Of a stretch of 64,000 nt of DNA, positions 52,401 to 63,939 are shown one piece after another. The notes under the pieces were generated by a model. The model saw nothing but the letters and a program-made list of their open reading frames with translations. It was not told the DNA's origin and ran no database searches. The stretch covers positions 18,042,001 through 18,106,000 of the forward strand of contig CATNEN010000001.1 of the NCBI GenBank assembly GCA_950097015.1, read 5' to 3'. The translations under genes were made by a program, and so were the position numbers. Positions within the stretch are counted from its first letter, which is position 1. Each line of letters opens with the position of its first letter. The DNA is from Macrostomum hystrix (lineage: Eukaryota > Animalia > Platyhelminthes).

Positions 52401-54637
52401 GTTATGAGTGATCGTAAAATTCTTCATGTCCCCGCTTCTTTACAGTATTCGAGCCCAGCTCGACTTTATGACCTCCTTCCTTTAGATACATGTAAATACC
52501 ACTGTAGGCAGGTCGGCGCCTGCGCTTCCATTGTCCCGGCGGAGTAACAATCGCTGGCTGACTGCCGACGGCTGTTCGCGCAGAACATCTGTCGTTTCCC
52601 GCCGCCGGTTCATTGGGCAATTGGGGCGGCAATCGCCGCTTCAATTCCTCGATGACAGGCTGGCGCGAATGTGGGTTGCTTTGATGGATGTCGGGGTTGG
52701 CGTGCTGCAAAGCCTATTTAAGCAAGCGCGCGGCGCTGCTCCCTCTAGGACCTCTTTTCTCCCACCGGCTCTTCCCCTTCTCCCCTGCCGGACTTACTTT
52801 TGCCGGGCCGGACTCCCACCGGACCCAGGACTTATCCCCCAGACCCATTTAGGGCATAGACCCTAGAGCTCATAGCTCCACAGCTAGCGCAGGCCCATTG
52901 CCTGTCCCCATTCCCCCTGAGCGCGAGCCACCTCTTTAGGTGAGCTGCTAAATTGAGCTTTGAGCTCCAAGCGTGTTGGCCCCCTTGCCGACTCGCAGCA
53001 TCTTTCCCTTCCCGGCTTTTGCTATCTTACCCCATCCTCTTCCCCGCGAACAACGGGATTGCAGCACGCGGCCGAAGCGACTCCAGATAAGTAATCCGCG
53101 CAGCGGTTTGTAATTATTGCTCCTAAGGGGCTTTCTATTAGTTAGGCGGCATTTTAGTGGGAGGGAAGCTAGGGATTGTTTCGCCTAATAAACTATCCAA
53201 TCTAAGCACTTTTAACTTATCGGGCTTAACTTTATAACAATTTAATTTCTTTCATTATGTCTCCTTTTCACCTTTATTTTAACCTTAGACAGCCCTCTAC
53301 CATGAGTGGCTAATCTATTAGGGGAATGGGCTCTGGCACAGCCGAGCTGAAAGCTGCGGCAGGAAGGCAATTGTAAGCGCGTATGAGAGCAATAGGGAGC
53401 TAGGGATTTGCAAGTAAAATGCGGAGTGTAGCGCGTGTTGTCTTTCTGCCCAGGGGTGGGGAATTCCCTGGCGGGTTTTCCTCGTTTTCTGGCGGAACTG
53501 GGAATGCGTGTCAAGCTCCCCTGCCAATTGAGCTTCCCTTCCGTTCCCCCTCTCGCTTCCACCGCCAGGGAAGTGGGGGGTGATGATCTTTTAATCTTAC
53601 GCTCGCATAATCACTCAGCCAGTGTTCAGCTTAACCTCTCCTGCCTCTGTTTTCCTCAACTCACACAGACCGGATTGCTAGTTACCTAATGTGTAGGCTG
53701 CAGTCTAATGTACCGAATGTGTCTGATGTTTCATGAGTAGGACTCTGGCTATGGATTTCTCTTTCGGGTTCGGAGTACCACCTTTCTAGACCACTGTAGC
53801 GCAAATTCAGGAATCCCCTGGTGAGGCGTGTCTCGATCCATTCTGGGGTCTTCACCCTAGTCTAAAACGGAAGTTACAGAAGGCTCTATTTTTTTCGGCT
53901 TGTCTAAGATCTGTGTGACAAACTAGGAGCCGCGAGCTCCGGGGACCCAAGTTCCCAAATGTCTGCGGTGGCAACGTAGGCGCATTGGGTGGTGGCGCTA
54001 CCCTAGATCATTTTCCGCTTTGCCGATAGCCTTTCCGCATTTCTAAGACAAGAGCCTAGGCCGAGTCGACCACTGCTACCAAGTTTAGGAGTCAGTTACG
54101 AACATGCTACTGATGACAGTAGGCTACCTAGCCCTGTCCTATCCGCTTGCGGGTAGTCCGACATCTATTTAGACTTTTAGCCGGTTTCGAGCACTGCTTG
54201 GGGTAGGCACGGCAGTCATGCCTGTGGCCTATGGGTTGAGTGGGACTGGCCAGCCTGAGGCCGAGAGGACCACTCCCTGCATCCACTGTCTCTCCCTTCA
54301 TCTCTCCCTTCATCCCTCTTTCCGCGGCAACTCGCGAACCTTTGCGGTATGACTTCCGACTCTATCGCCATCCCCACACTCCTTTCCTTCACGAGGACAG
54401 ATCATCGGATTGCAAACCCGCAGCTATTTCACAGGCCAATAGGGCCCTTCAGAGTGTTGACCAGAACTGTCCCAGCGTCCTCCGGTCCAAGAGGCAGTTC
54501 GATGTCTGCGGACAGGGGGAGCAGGTTTTGTTCTTATTAGCGGGGATTAATAGATGTTGTACCTGTGGTAGCGTGGCACACACAAATGGTGAAAATAACC
54601 AAGACAAGAACTAGATTCAGAGAGGAAAGTATCCGGC
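43410..54637 (-). CDS. Antisense spliced small membrane protein gene of element A, interrupted by element B (exons ~54637..54563; 54505..54432 + 43484..43410)
   Basis: Removing B and one CAGG restores ..LNLVLVLVIFTICVCHATT|DIELPLGPEDAGTVLVNTLKGPIGLAVVASMATLTGAALIKFSDQIDLH*; 57-nt GT-AG intron with CTAAT. Start codon unresolved. Confidence 0.6.
43489..45813 (+). repeat. 5' LTR of B
   Basis: TG..CA; TATTTAA ~44097, AATAAA ~44569. Confidence 0.95.
45815..45835 (+). promoter_or_regulatory. Primer binding site of B (tRNA-Leu-like)
   Basis: TGGTGGCATCGAGGTGGGATC. Confidence 0.75.
47169..48671 (+). CDS. Gag + aspartic protease of B (one +1 frameshift near 47390)
   Basis: MSDQEDEVVE start like A; WLRRF, QDRGESYASFADRL gag motifs; coiled coil; LLIDTGS..PLLGASWL; stop directly after the protease. 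Confidence 0.85.
48803..49387 (+). CDS. Orphan Trp-rich ORF (194 aa) in place of pol in element B
   Basis: Intact ATG ORF after gag-PR; no recognised motif. Confidence 0.55.
   Translation: MAGLSITVAWWLETVATDYRRELAGRSTWIMVRLWLLPALGRAAQAGIDLALACRLAEARWLAQAWVEERDPSPPRGEDEETLPWNLRWPHYCPPEDWGMAVPEALMSWLQATRIPGRWDLEHQLVGELVGEAVWRQSSGLASTPWRSWAVEASTIEETPPGDSTLGQMVRQMEGEDDGESLVGSTPIKNGGEE
50461..51147 (-). CDS. Antisense spliced small membrane protein gene of element B (last exon 50609..50461; candidate first exon 51147..51108)
   Basis: Pyrimidine-rich acceptor ttccacag; phase-1 exon xIDVAPGHLVQAARDIGESILSGPIGPIAAAGLLAVAGTLMAACLRQRR*; GTGAGT donor after MPWAWPSCCLLKK. Confidence 0.6.
51931..51940 (-). 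promoter_or_regulatory. Candidate antisense TATA box
   Basis: TATAAATAGA on - strand; similar tctacttatag in A at ~54900. Confidence 0.4.
52087..52106 (+). promoter_or_regulatory. Polypurine tract of B
   Basis: gaaagtgagcgaaggaggag directly before the 3' LTR. Confidence 0.8.
52107..54431 (+). repeat. 3' LTR of B
   Basis: Same length as the 5' LTR; spurious ORFs identical at constant offset 8618. Confidence 0.95.
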
Positions 54638-57349
54638 CTCAACTCTAGTGCTTCGTTGCAGTGGAAGCAACCCGGTAGTCAGGCTCCGATTGCTAAGTTT
54701 TCTCGTATTTCCCTTGTGTTCGGACTACGTCCTGCGACAATAAGTTCTAAAGTCTCAAGAGACAATTGTAAATGAGATGCAAACGCAAACACACAAGGTC
54801 GCAAAAGCATGAAGAAAAACAGTCCACACAGTGCCATCAAAGTAGAGAAGTTGTGCTACCATAATGCTAACACAACCCCGCGTATTCGTCAGACTGTGCT
54901 CTACTTATAGTAGGAGCATTTGAGCGATATTCTGCCAGTTTTCTTCCGAACCGAAGCGCTTGCACTATGGCGTGCAATGTGACTCAGTGCGCAGACAGAG
55001 CTGGAACGAGAGAGAGAAAGAGGAGGGGGTGGTGAGCGGAGGTAAATGTGCACGGGAACCACAAACTACCTACACCCCAGTCCTCCCACAGACCTAGAAC
55101 AGCCTGACTCACCGATTGCCTGGAGGCTGCTCAGCAGTCTACAGCACATCACTCTCCTCCAGCTAAAGGATGGCGGACAACACCGGCTGGCCGTCAGCCG
55201 CACTTAATCAAAATCAGGTACGAACCTTCTCCTTTTTTATTTCTCATAATCATACAAATGCGAATCGCGCTAAGAAATCAACAAAACAGTACCGACTGGA
55301 TAACAAAAAATCAACAAACACAAACTAACAAAACTCAAATTAATCATACCAGAATTTTCACTCACTGGATAAACATACACATCGGGAGCAACAACGAAAA
55401 CAAGATTCTTTACTGTGCACTGCACCCGGCCGTACTGGCCTATTCTCGAGTTATACCTTCTTACAGGCGCCTGCCCACGTCTCCTGTCAGATGGTTTTCT
55501 CTGACTCTCAGTGTGAAGGGTAGGCAAATTTGAGGTTGTCTTTCACCTCTCTCAGTGCACGCCAGCTGTTGTGTTGTCTCAGAGGGCCAATTAAATCAGC
55601 CAGTGAGCTAATCTAAACTATCAAGAAAAGCAACAAGACTGCATGTTTTTGATTGGCTGGGAGCTCAATTGAGACAGTCAGCACACTTCAGAGGGTTGCC
55701 GATTTGGCGTGCTTTCATAGTGAACACGAGTAAAAAAATTGCGCATTTTCTCTCACAACTTTGTCCTGAATCGTTCCGCAAGCTACACAGCGCCTTTCGA
55801 AGTTTCTTCTACTGTTGTGTGAGTATATTTCCTTTCTTTTCTTGACTGATCTTTATTTTTTCAATCGGAGCAATCGTCTCATTCAAACTATCATTAGTGT
55901 AAGCTGACTGAAGCTAAGCTCATCTCTGAATAACTTTACTCTTAATTCAATTTCTATTCCTGCACTATTTAACGAGCAATGGAGTCACAACACAAGAAGA
56001 CGACACACAGACGAGACGAGCGACACAGAGTGCTCCACATGAGCAGCAGGCAACACGGAATGACGAAATAGAACTGCGGTACCCAGAGGGCATGTTCCGC
56101 GCAGATTGATGGCTTGCGAAGAATTCGAGTCTACGTACTCGTAGGGAACAAAGTGATGCGTTTCTGTCAAAAATGCATTTTTTTCCTATCGTAATGATAA
56201 AGGGATGAACAATTACTTTCTCTCCAGACCTCAAGCTGTGCACGCTGCAGGATCTAAAAATAGTACAATAGTAGATCAATGTGGTATTCCTAATAGTGCC
56301 TACAATTTTCGCTGCCAAATAGTCATTAAAATGACTTCAAATTTTTTTTTCACCGGCCCACAATTTCGTTTCGCAGAAAACATTCTCGCTAGGCTGTGAC
56401 AGCTGGAGCCAGCAGGTCACTGTGGCATCTACACCAATGGCACAGTATTTGGGCAAGGTGACTTCAAATACTGACGACTCACAGATGCCCACAACAGAGT
56501 GAACTACACTGGGATTCAGAATTGTTCTTTGAGATAGGAAATATATGTTCCTACTTCGTAATGCCATCACAAGTAGACAGGAATATGATATGCAAATGAT
56601 GTCATACATCATTGGCCCACCGATGCATGTCAGATTAAATCCTCTTGCAGTGTCAGCTAGAAAATTTTCAATAATTTTTTTTTAAATAAGTTGTTAAAAC
56701 TGAATCCTGAAATGTATTTTAAGCAGCACTGCAGAAGGTTGGTTGCAATCAATGGGCCACCGTTGAGTGTTTGAAATTCATGTTCGCTGCTTTGTCATGA
56801 GAAAAGGTTTTTACACTCTATTTTTTAGGGTACGCAACCATGGTCTAAAGCAGCCTTGGAGACCTGAGAGTTCTCTAGTGATGGCTAAGTAAAGGACTCT
56901 CAAAGCACGGCGAACAGAACTCAGACTCTAAGACTTCAGACTCAGAACTCTGAAAATTTTCCTCTGTTTTTGTCGCAATCAATGCCTGGTAATAATGGGT
57001 TAATCGATGAAGTGTAAGTTAATGCTCTTGGACGTAATTTGGTAACATAATTCGCTCTTTATAGCTACGGTGCAGTTTAACGTCATGCCTCCAGGACGTT
57101 ACCTATACTTTATAGTTATGGTGCAGTTTAACGTCTTGCCTCCAGGACGTGAAGTATACTGTATTCTTCTGTAATTCCGGTTATGTATGCGAGAATTTAG
57201 TCAACTCAAAACAGCTCTTCATTTTTCGATTATAATTTATCTCGCAACGCAGTGCGACTCTTAAGTTGGTTCAGTATATTTGTTCATGACCGACTGACGA
57301 GCACTTCCCCTTCTACGCATTCACGCCTGTCAATCGTAATGTCGTGTCG

Positions 57350-58214
57350 TTATTGCTGCCGCTTGGCCCCGGGCGACGGCGCGTGCATGTAAACGCACTT
57401 GAACCGATCGCCCCGCGTGTCGCGGTCGACCCGAAACCCTACAGCGCTACGGACCGTCACCGAGCCGTCCTTCTCCAGTTGCCGGCGGTAGCCCTCATTG
57501 AATAGTGACCGAAACTCGGTTCTCTCGAGAGCTCCACGAATGTGGAGTATCGCGAACCGGTCTTGGGCCGGCGGGCGCGACGGTTGCGCCCGAACCGGTG
57601 TTGGTGGCGGAGGTGGTGGCGCAGTGGTACGTGGCGGTGGTGGCGCCGTGGCACTTGGGTCCGGGCCCCACCCGATCAGAGGCACTAGTTCCTGTGCACA
57701 CACCGTACGGATGAGGTCGATGGCCTCGTTTGGCATGCGTCGCCGCGGTGTAAAAGCTACCGCTGTACTGATAGCTTCGCTCAGCGTCCGCTGGAGGTCG
57801 GGAAACGGTACACCGGCGCGTTGCCCTCGAGTACGATGCCGACGGATCGCCGCCCGCATGTTTGACACGGATTTCTGACGCCCTTGAAAGGCGCCGTCAC
57901 CGCTGCCGTAGTGGGACCATTCGTTCCGTATCAATGTCTTGAGGGACTGGAAGACATTTCGCCGTGCGGCGTCGATAGCCTCCGGCTGAGGCGCTACCGC
58001 TCTCTTCACGGCGCTGTTCTCGTTCCTGGAAAAACCTCTGAGCGCGTTGTTGGCGACGCTCCCTTCGCGTCAGCCTGGGTGTTATCTCTGCGGGCCCCTC
58101 ATTAGTGACGTCGACGACGCTCATCGGTTCGTCGGCACAAAGATCCAGAATGTCGGCCGGGCCATATGTCATTGATTCACCGTCGGCGATTTCGCCGTCC
58201 TCGAGGTCGGCCAT
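57350..58214 (-). CDS. Orphan intronless ORF (MADLEDGEI..), one frameshift near 58000
   Basis: Overlapping GC-rich ORFs 58214-57897 and 58009-57350; 3' end duplicated at 58825-58958. Confidence 0.45.
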
Positions 58215-58958
58215 TGCTGCAATGTGGCGGTGCGGTTCATGCTATACGCTAAAGACAACGCGACCCGTGCCAACATATAAGTTATTTTAGCATTTGACTA
58301 TAATGCTCTTAGATGAATCCAGTCTGATATGATGTGTGCATTGGCCCGATTCCCTGGCAGTGAATGTCTACTAATATATATAAGTAGTAATAAGTAGTAA
58401 TTTACAACTTAACTTGCTTTGATCGTTAACTTTTCTGGTAGTGCCACGCGTCCATGGCAACCATCATGAATGACTTCTATATTCTCCAGACTGCAGACTA
58501 AATCTGAGGCGAATTTTTATCTTAAAATATTCATAACAAATACTACAAGCTGGCCGATCTTCCTGACCACAGCTTTGAATATAGCTGTATTAACCTAGTA
58601 GTATTAGCATACCGTAACAATGTCTCATAATCATAACTCCCTTAAAATTCAATTAAAATCTAACTCATGGGTCTGACACTCACATAAACTAAATTCTCAG
58701 TTAACAAATTCGTAGCAATAAAACAGAGTCAATTCTCTCAGTTAACTCTCTTACTTCTTCTCACTTTCACTTTCTCGTCATTTAACCATCCTGGTCTCAG
58801 CGGATTTTTTGTCACTTAGTCGCCGTGCGACTTTTAAGTTGGTTCATTATATTTGTTCATGACCGCCTGACGAGCACTTCCCCTTGTACGCATTCACGCC
58901 TGTCAATCGTAATGTCGCGTCGTTATTGCTGACGCTCGGCCCCGGGCGCCGGCGCGTG

Positions 58959-60320
58959 ATGGCCGGGTAGTGAGGCCGGGTCGTTTGCTGATTGGCCGGG
59001 ACTGTAGCCCAGGGGGTAGCGCTCGCGGGGTGGTGGGTGTCCGCTACCCCGGCTGGTCCGGCCCGGCTTGGCGTGGGTGACTTAGCTTAAAAAAACAAGA
59101 TCAATATAAAGATAAAAAAATCAAGGTTTGATGATTTATATATATTGTATTAAGAAAGGAGTGGGTGTCTCGCTCTTGTATTGAGCAATATATCGTTGAA
59201 TTGAAGACTACTATGCACATTTAAACACCTATTTAAACACACCGGAGGGATCAAAAGCGAGGAAGACAGCGATTGCGAAAGGCAGGCAGCGGCCGAACAA
59301 AAGATCCCCAAAGGATCGGAACGAATGCGGAGTATATTTGGCGAATCAGAGAATTAAAACAGAATTAAAACAGATTAGGGAAAAAAAATTAAACGAATAG
59401 CGGCAGAGGTGAGACGGCAGGAGCGCGGGGGCTTAAAGCGAGCCGGGGCAGCCAGCCACCCCACGCCCACCGCCTCCAGAGTACACGCACGCATGCACAA
59501 AGCACCACCCCCCAGTGTGTCTAACACACCTTACTCAGAGAGTAACGAACGCATTAAACACACCGGAGGGACCAAAAGCGAGGAAGACAGCGAGTGCGAA
59601 AGGCAGGCAGCGGCCGAACAAAAGATCCCAACCCCCAAGCGATGGGGAAGGGGAGAAAAGAAAGGGGGATAAGCAGTTACAGGCAGGCGGCCTGAACTTG
59701 AGAAGCATTAAAAACAGCGGAGCGCTTGCGGCGCGACAAAGCAGAGTTGGCAGAAAAGTAACGGAGGACAGCGTCCGATCGCCAGCCACCGACAGTCCGA
59801 GTGTCCGATTCTGACAAGCCAACTTGATTGCAGAAGCTGGCTCCTCCTCGCCGAATGCTGTGGCCGGAGAAACCAGCCGGTGGGATGCCACAAGCAGCTA
59901 GGCACGTGCGGAGGCAGCTGATGAACTGGCTGGCCGAGAGCTCACATCCTTGGCTCAAGCTAAACAGCGGTTCTCTTGGATCGTCGGCAGGTGACAGGCG
60001 CAGATGCTATCACAGAGCGCGCACTGGGCAAAGCGAAGGTTCTTGGAGGTTCTAGCGTCGCCCCGAATTGGTTGGTCTTGACGCGGGAGGGCCAGCTTCC
60101 AGCGGCTAGAAGAAGCAGACAGGCAAGCCCTCAATACCGGGCAGCTGAGGCGCAACATGCCCCACCAGCCCACCAGAAGAGCGGCCCAGAAGGCGGCCTG
60201 GAGGTCAAGCCGAGGGATGGTGCGCTCCAGAGTAAGCGGCTCTGCCTGCTTGCAGCGCAGGCCAAGGAGGCGGTTTGCACCACGAAGGGCCAGTTGAACA
60301 GCAAAGGCTTTTACCGGGTC
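58959..60320 (-). mobile_element. DIRS/Ngaro-like tyrosine-recombinase retrotransposon 3' fragment
   Basis: GWWGMLR, FSGHSIRRGGASF..GGWRSDAVLRY; ~76-bp direct repeats 59233-59308 and 59554-59629. Confidence 0.8.
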
Positions 60321-60339
60321 AGGGGCGCCAGTGGCTTGA

Positions 60340-61800
60340 TGCAGAAACGAGACGGCATGGACATAGGCTGCACTTGCCGTTCTCCATGCAGGAACAGCGC
60401 GGGTTCACTTTGCCACACGGCCCGTGAATCATGTGGGTCTTGACCAGCTCGTGCAGCACTGGCTGAGTTCGAGGATCCGGAATCTCCGCGGAGACGATCG
60501 CATCGTATCGGTCAGGAGTAACACGATGCCCACTGGCCAGCCACAGCAATATGTGGACATGTGGGAGACCTGAGTTACAATAGCAGAACCAGTATAAATC
60601 ACCATCTCCCGTTAGTTTACAGGGTAGGAAATTAGAATCTTCATTTTCATCTAGCAACTTGAATGAATTAATTGAAATAAAAAGTACGCACATCTTTAAA
60701 GCCGACATAAATCAAGGCAGAGCCAGAAAAGCAATCAAAATAGCTTCATAAAAAATAATTTTCTATAACAACGGGCTCACCGCACTTCTGGTACTCTAGT
60801 AAACACACATGCGCGGAGACCTGACCACATAGTTTCTTCAGTCGCGCCATCAGAGCCTTCTTCAGCTCAAACACGCGGCTGACAATGTCTGGCCGGTCCT
60901 CCGGCTTCTGTCCCGGCAGCAGCTCGTCGCTGATCTCCTGCCACTTCGGGTTGCAGGTGGCCGTCACAAACAGGTCCGGCTTACCAAATTTTTGGACGTA
61001 GGCCATTGCATCCTGCAGCCGCTCCATCATGTACCGGGGACCGCCCACGAAACTTGATGACAGAAACACTGGCTTGCCGACCTCATTAGGATCCGCTGCT
61101 TTCCGCAGCCCGTCCTCTGCAAACAGGGCATCGCGCAGGCCGCTGTACGTCTCGCTGCTGAGGTCATCCTGGTGGGTGCGGAGATAGGTCAGTCTTTCGC
61201 ACTCGATTTTCGAGCATTGATCAACCAGGTACTGCTGAAGCAGGCGGCGGCCGTAGTGAAGCGCGTTGAACTGGCCGGGCCGCACCATGATCTCGCTGGC
61301 GTAGTATTTGCGAGGCGTCAGCTTGCCCCCGTTCGTCATCCTCAACTCTGGGTGCCACCCGTCCTGTCCATACGGCAAGAACAGCACGTACTGCAGGGCA
61401 TCGTATGATCGATGCGTCACAGACACTGAGAGCAGACAGACGCCTGCGGTCTTCATCAGGACTTTGAAGCTCAATAACTACGTCACGAGAAGTCATGGCC
61501 CCGTCGGAAGCATCTCCAACAACGAGTATGCCAACTTCGCTTGCTTCGGGCAGATTATAGCGCCTTGGGGTTAACGATCGCAACTTTGCCTTCAGCGAGG
61601 TGAGGTGCAGAACGGCATTGTAGCTCCTGATGTTGGTCAAGAAATCAGGGTTCTCAGGGTGGCGACCAAGGAACAAATCCAGCAGGACCTGCGGCACCGT
61701 CTTTGCAGGCACCTTCACCTTGCCGGCTGCACAGCAGATTCCTGGCGGCTCTCCCTTCCAGACCAAGGCGTGGCAGTTCTGGCATGGCTTGCTCATGCGG
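60340..61800 (-). pseudogene. Helitron Rep (HUH endonuclease) fragment with intron 60570-60780
   Basis: C..C..CC..GKV, YDALQYVL, SSFVGGPRYM, GKPDLFVTATCNPKWQEI, EYQKCG|[18 protein letters not shown]. Confidence 0.9.
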
Positions 61801-62463
61801 CCGAGCTGATGAGTCTGGGGTTCTAGCCTGGCTGCGGCATGGGCTCTGTGGTGTATGGGGAAAGTCTATTTGATATCAGAAGAATAAAATGCATTCCTAA
61901 AGTTTTACTTCTTATAAATTATCCCATGCAATTAACCTACTAAGTTTTGCAAAGAAATAAAGAGTACAAAGCAAGTAAAAAAGCAAAATCTATCAACGAT
62001 GGTTTTGAAGCGATGCACACCCACCCAGCATCATCATCTGACAACTCGGGAATATCGGATGTGACACTGGCATCCGGCAGCTCCGAATTCCCCTCAGCGC
62101 CGGCACGCAGTGGTGTCGAGTGGGCCCAGCTGTTGGGTGAAGTGAAAGAGGGGTAGGAATTGCCTGCTGTTATGATTACTTGTACACCTTATTTACACCT
62201 GAATTTCCCACAAATTAGAATCAATTTATTCACCCAGGGTCATCAGCCGAATGATCTGGAACAGCTGATCCTGCACTGAATTCACCGGTAGGCTTCTGGG
62301 AATTCCCAACAGAAGCACATGGCGGCGCCGGACTCAATGAGTTCTCGGCTCTTGATTTCAATAAACAAAAAGTTGGATAGTCCTTTTGGATGTGATTGTC
62401 GTACTCATCATTGTCATCATTAGGCTGATTTTGAAAGCGAAAAACTCCAGAACTGAACTCACC

Positions 62464-62897
62464 CAGCAGTCACGAAGCGCAGAGACTCGTAGTGTTCACC
62501 ATGGCGATCATAGAGAAGCCGCACCACAGCAGCCGCAGGCCTCCTAGCAGCTGAAACTTGCTGAACCTGCTGGAGCTGACTTCTGTCACCGTCAGCATAC
62601 TGATAGATGACATAGTCCACATCCAGCAGCTGGTTCAATATGGGTGCAATGTGCTCATGCACATTAACTCTAGCGCGCTGAGTCTCAGCTACCACTCTGT
62701 CCACTGTCAGCCCAATAGCCTTCAGTGTGATCTGCTGAGCTTCCAGCAGCGGTCTCGCATTGGCAGCTATGGTGCGCCGGAGTTGCTGGTGGTCCATGTA
62801 GATTGGAGTGCCAATCAGCTGGTCAGAGATGGCGTGAAACCAGCAGTTGCCATCACCGCGGACCCTGGTAACCTGAGTTGCACTTAGTGGCAAACTC
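62464..62897 (-). CDS. OTU-like cysteine protease exon within the Helitron
   Basis: VRGDGNCWFHAISDQL...HYESL; bounded by CAG acceptor and GTGAGT donor. Confidence 0.8.
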
Positions 62898-63867
62898 TGA
62901 GGCAGTGGCTGAAGGCTGCGAAATCAAAATTATCGAAAATAAATGGATTACTGGTATGTAAAATATGAAAAAGTCATTAAAAGGTTATCAAACCGCATAC
63001 AAATGCATTTGATGTATTTGCATGGCACTTTCTGAAATCTGAAATCCTTGCTTATGACAATTTTACTAAAAAACTAACGAAATATTTGTGCATAAAAGTC
63101 GTTGACTGAAAAAATATTGCACGTAAACTATTCTGAAACAAAAAATACTAAAAGCACTTAACAAATTTAATCTGCATGTATATACTCAGCAACAGTTTAA
63201 ACTCTCCCTCTTAAAATCGTGCGCTGGTTATGTGTGCGTCCCGTAAACCTTTCGGATGCATTAAAGTTCTGAAAACTTCATAAATGAGCAGCAGATATGT
63301 TCAACGTTACGGATCTACCATGTACCCATGAAGCCCTTGGGGGATTTCAATCTGCAGATAAAAAAACCATAAATGGCGAGCTCTTTAGTTAATTAAATTT
63401 CTATATCTCAATATTAATCTCAAAAGTTTCTAATTCAAAACCAATTTCATCGTCTTACCTGAAGCTTTGCTCCGGCTCAAGTGATGTCCGATAGTACGAG
63501 GGATTCGAGCTTAGTCGATCGTCTCGCTGCGATTCAGATTCTTCAGCCCTTCGCTGACTCGAGCGCTCTTTGTCGGCCTGCAGGCGGGCGACTCGCTCGG
63601 CTTCTGTCTCGGCAGACCTGCGCAGCTCCGAACGCTCTTTGTCGGCCTGCAGGCGAGCGTTCTTTTCTTCTGGCTTGACTTACTTTGACTTAGCGGCAGG
63701 GAGCCTCCTTTCTTCTGGCGATTCACAAGTCCTGCGCCGAGCCAACCGCTCTTTGTCCTTCTGCAGGCGCTGCTCTCGGGACTCAGCGGTCTCTTCTCGA
63801 CGACGTCGCTTTGCCTCGCGACTCTTCTGCAATGCACTTTTGGCACCACGCTTTACCATTGTAACAA

Positions 63868-63939
63868 CTGACTGACTGACTGACTAAATGACTGACTGAC
63901 TGACTGACTGACTGACTGACTGACTGACTGACTGACTGA
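63868..63939. repeat. (ACTG)n microsatellite
   Basis: Direct reading. Confidence 0.95.

Larger units (their letters stand above)
43489..54431 (+). mobile_element. Ty3/gypsy-family LTR element 'B' (Gag-PR + orphan ORF, no RT/RH/IN), full-length and young
   Basis: Two 2325-bp LTRs, TSD CAGG (43485-43488, 54432-54435), PBS, PPT. Confidence 0.93.
32620..55029 (+). mobile_element. Ty3/gypsy LTR retrotransposon 'A' (Gag-like-RT-RH-IN, no protease), host of two nested insertions; no matching 3' LTR seen
   Basis: 5' LTR TG..CA, PBS, pol motifs, 3' region homologous to B continuing after 54431, purine tract at ~55008-55029. Confidence 0.8.

Noticed and set aside
55950-56620. Short ORFs after a hAT-like end (cagagggttgcc ~55689)
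   Set aside because: No recognisable motifs or matching second TIR
61806-61866. CTGATGAG...GAAA
   Set aside because: No consistent helices; antisense to Helitron coding sequence
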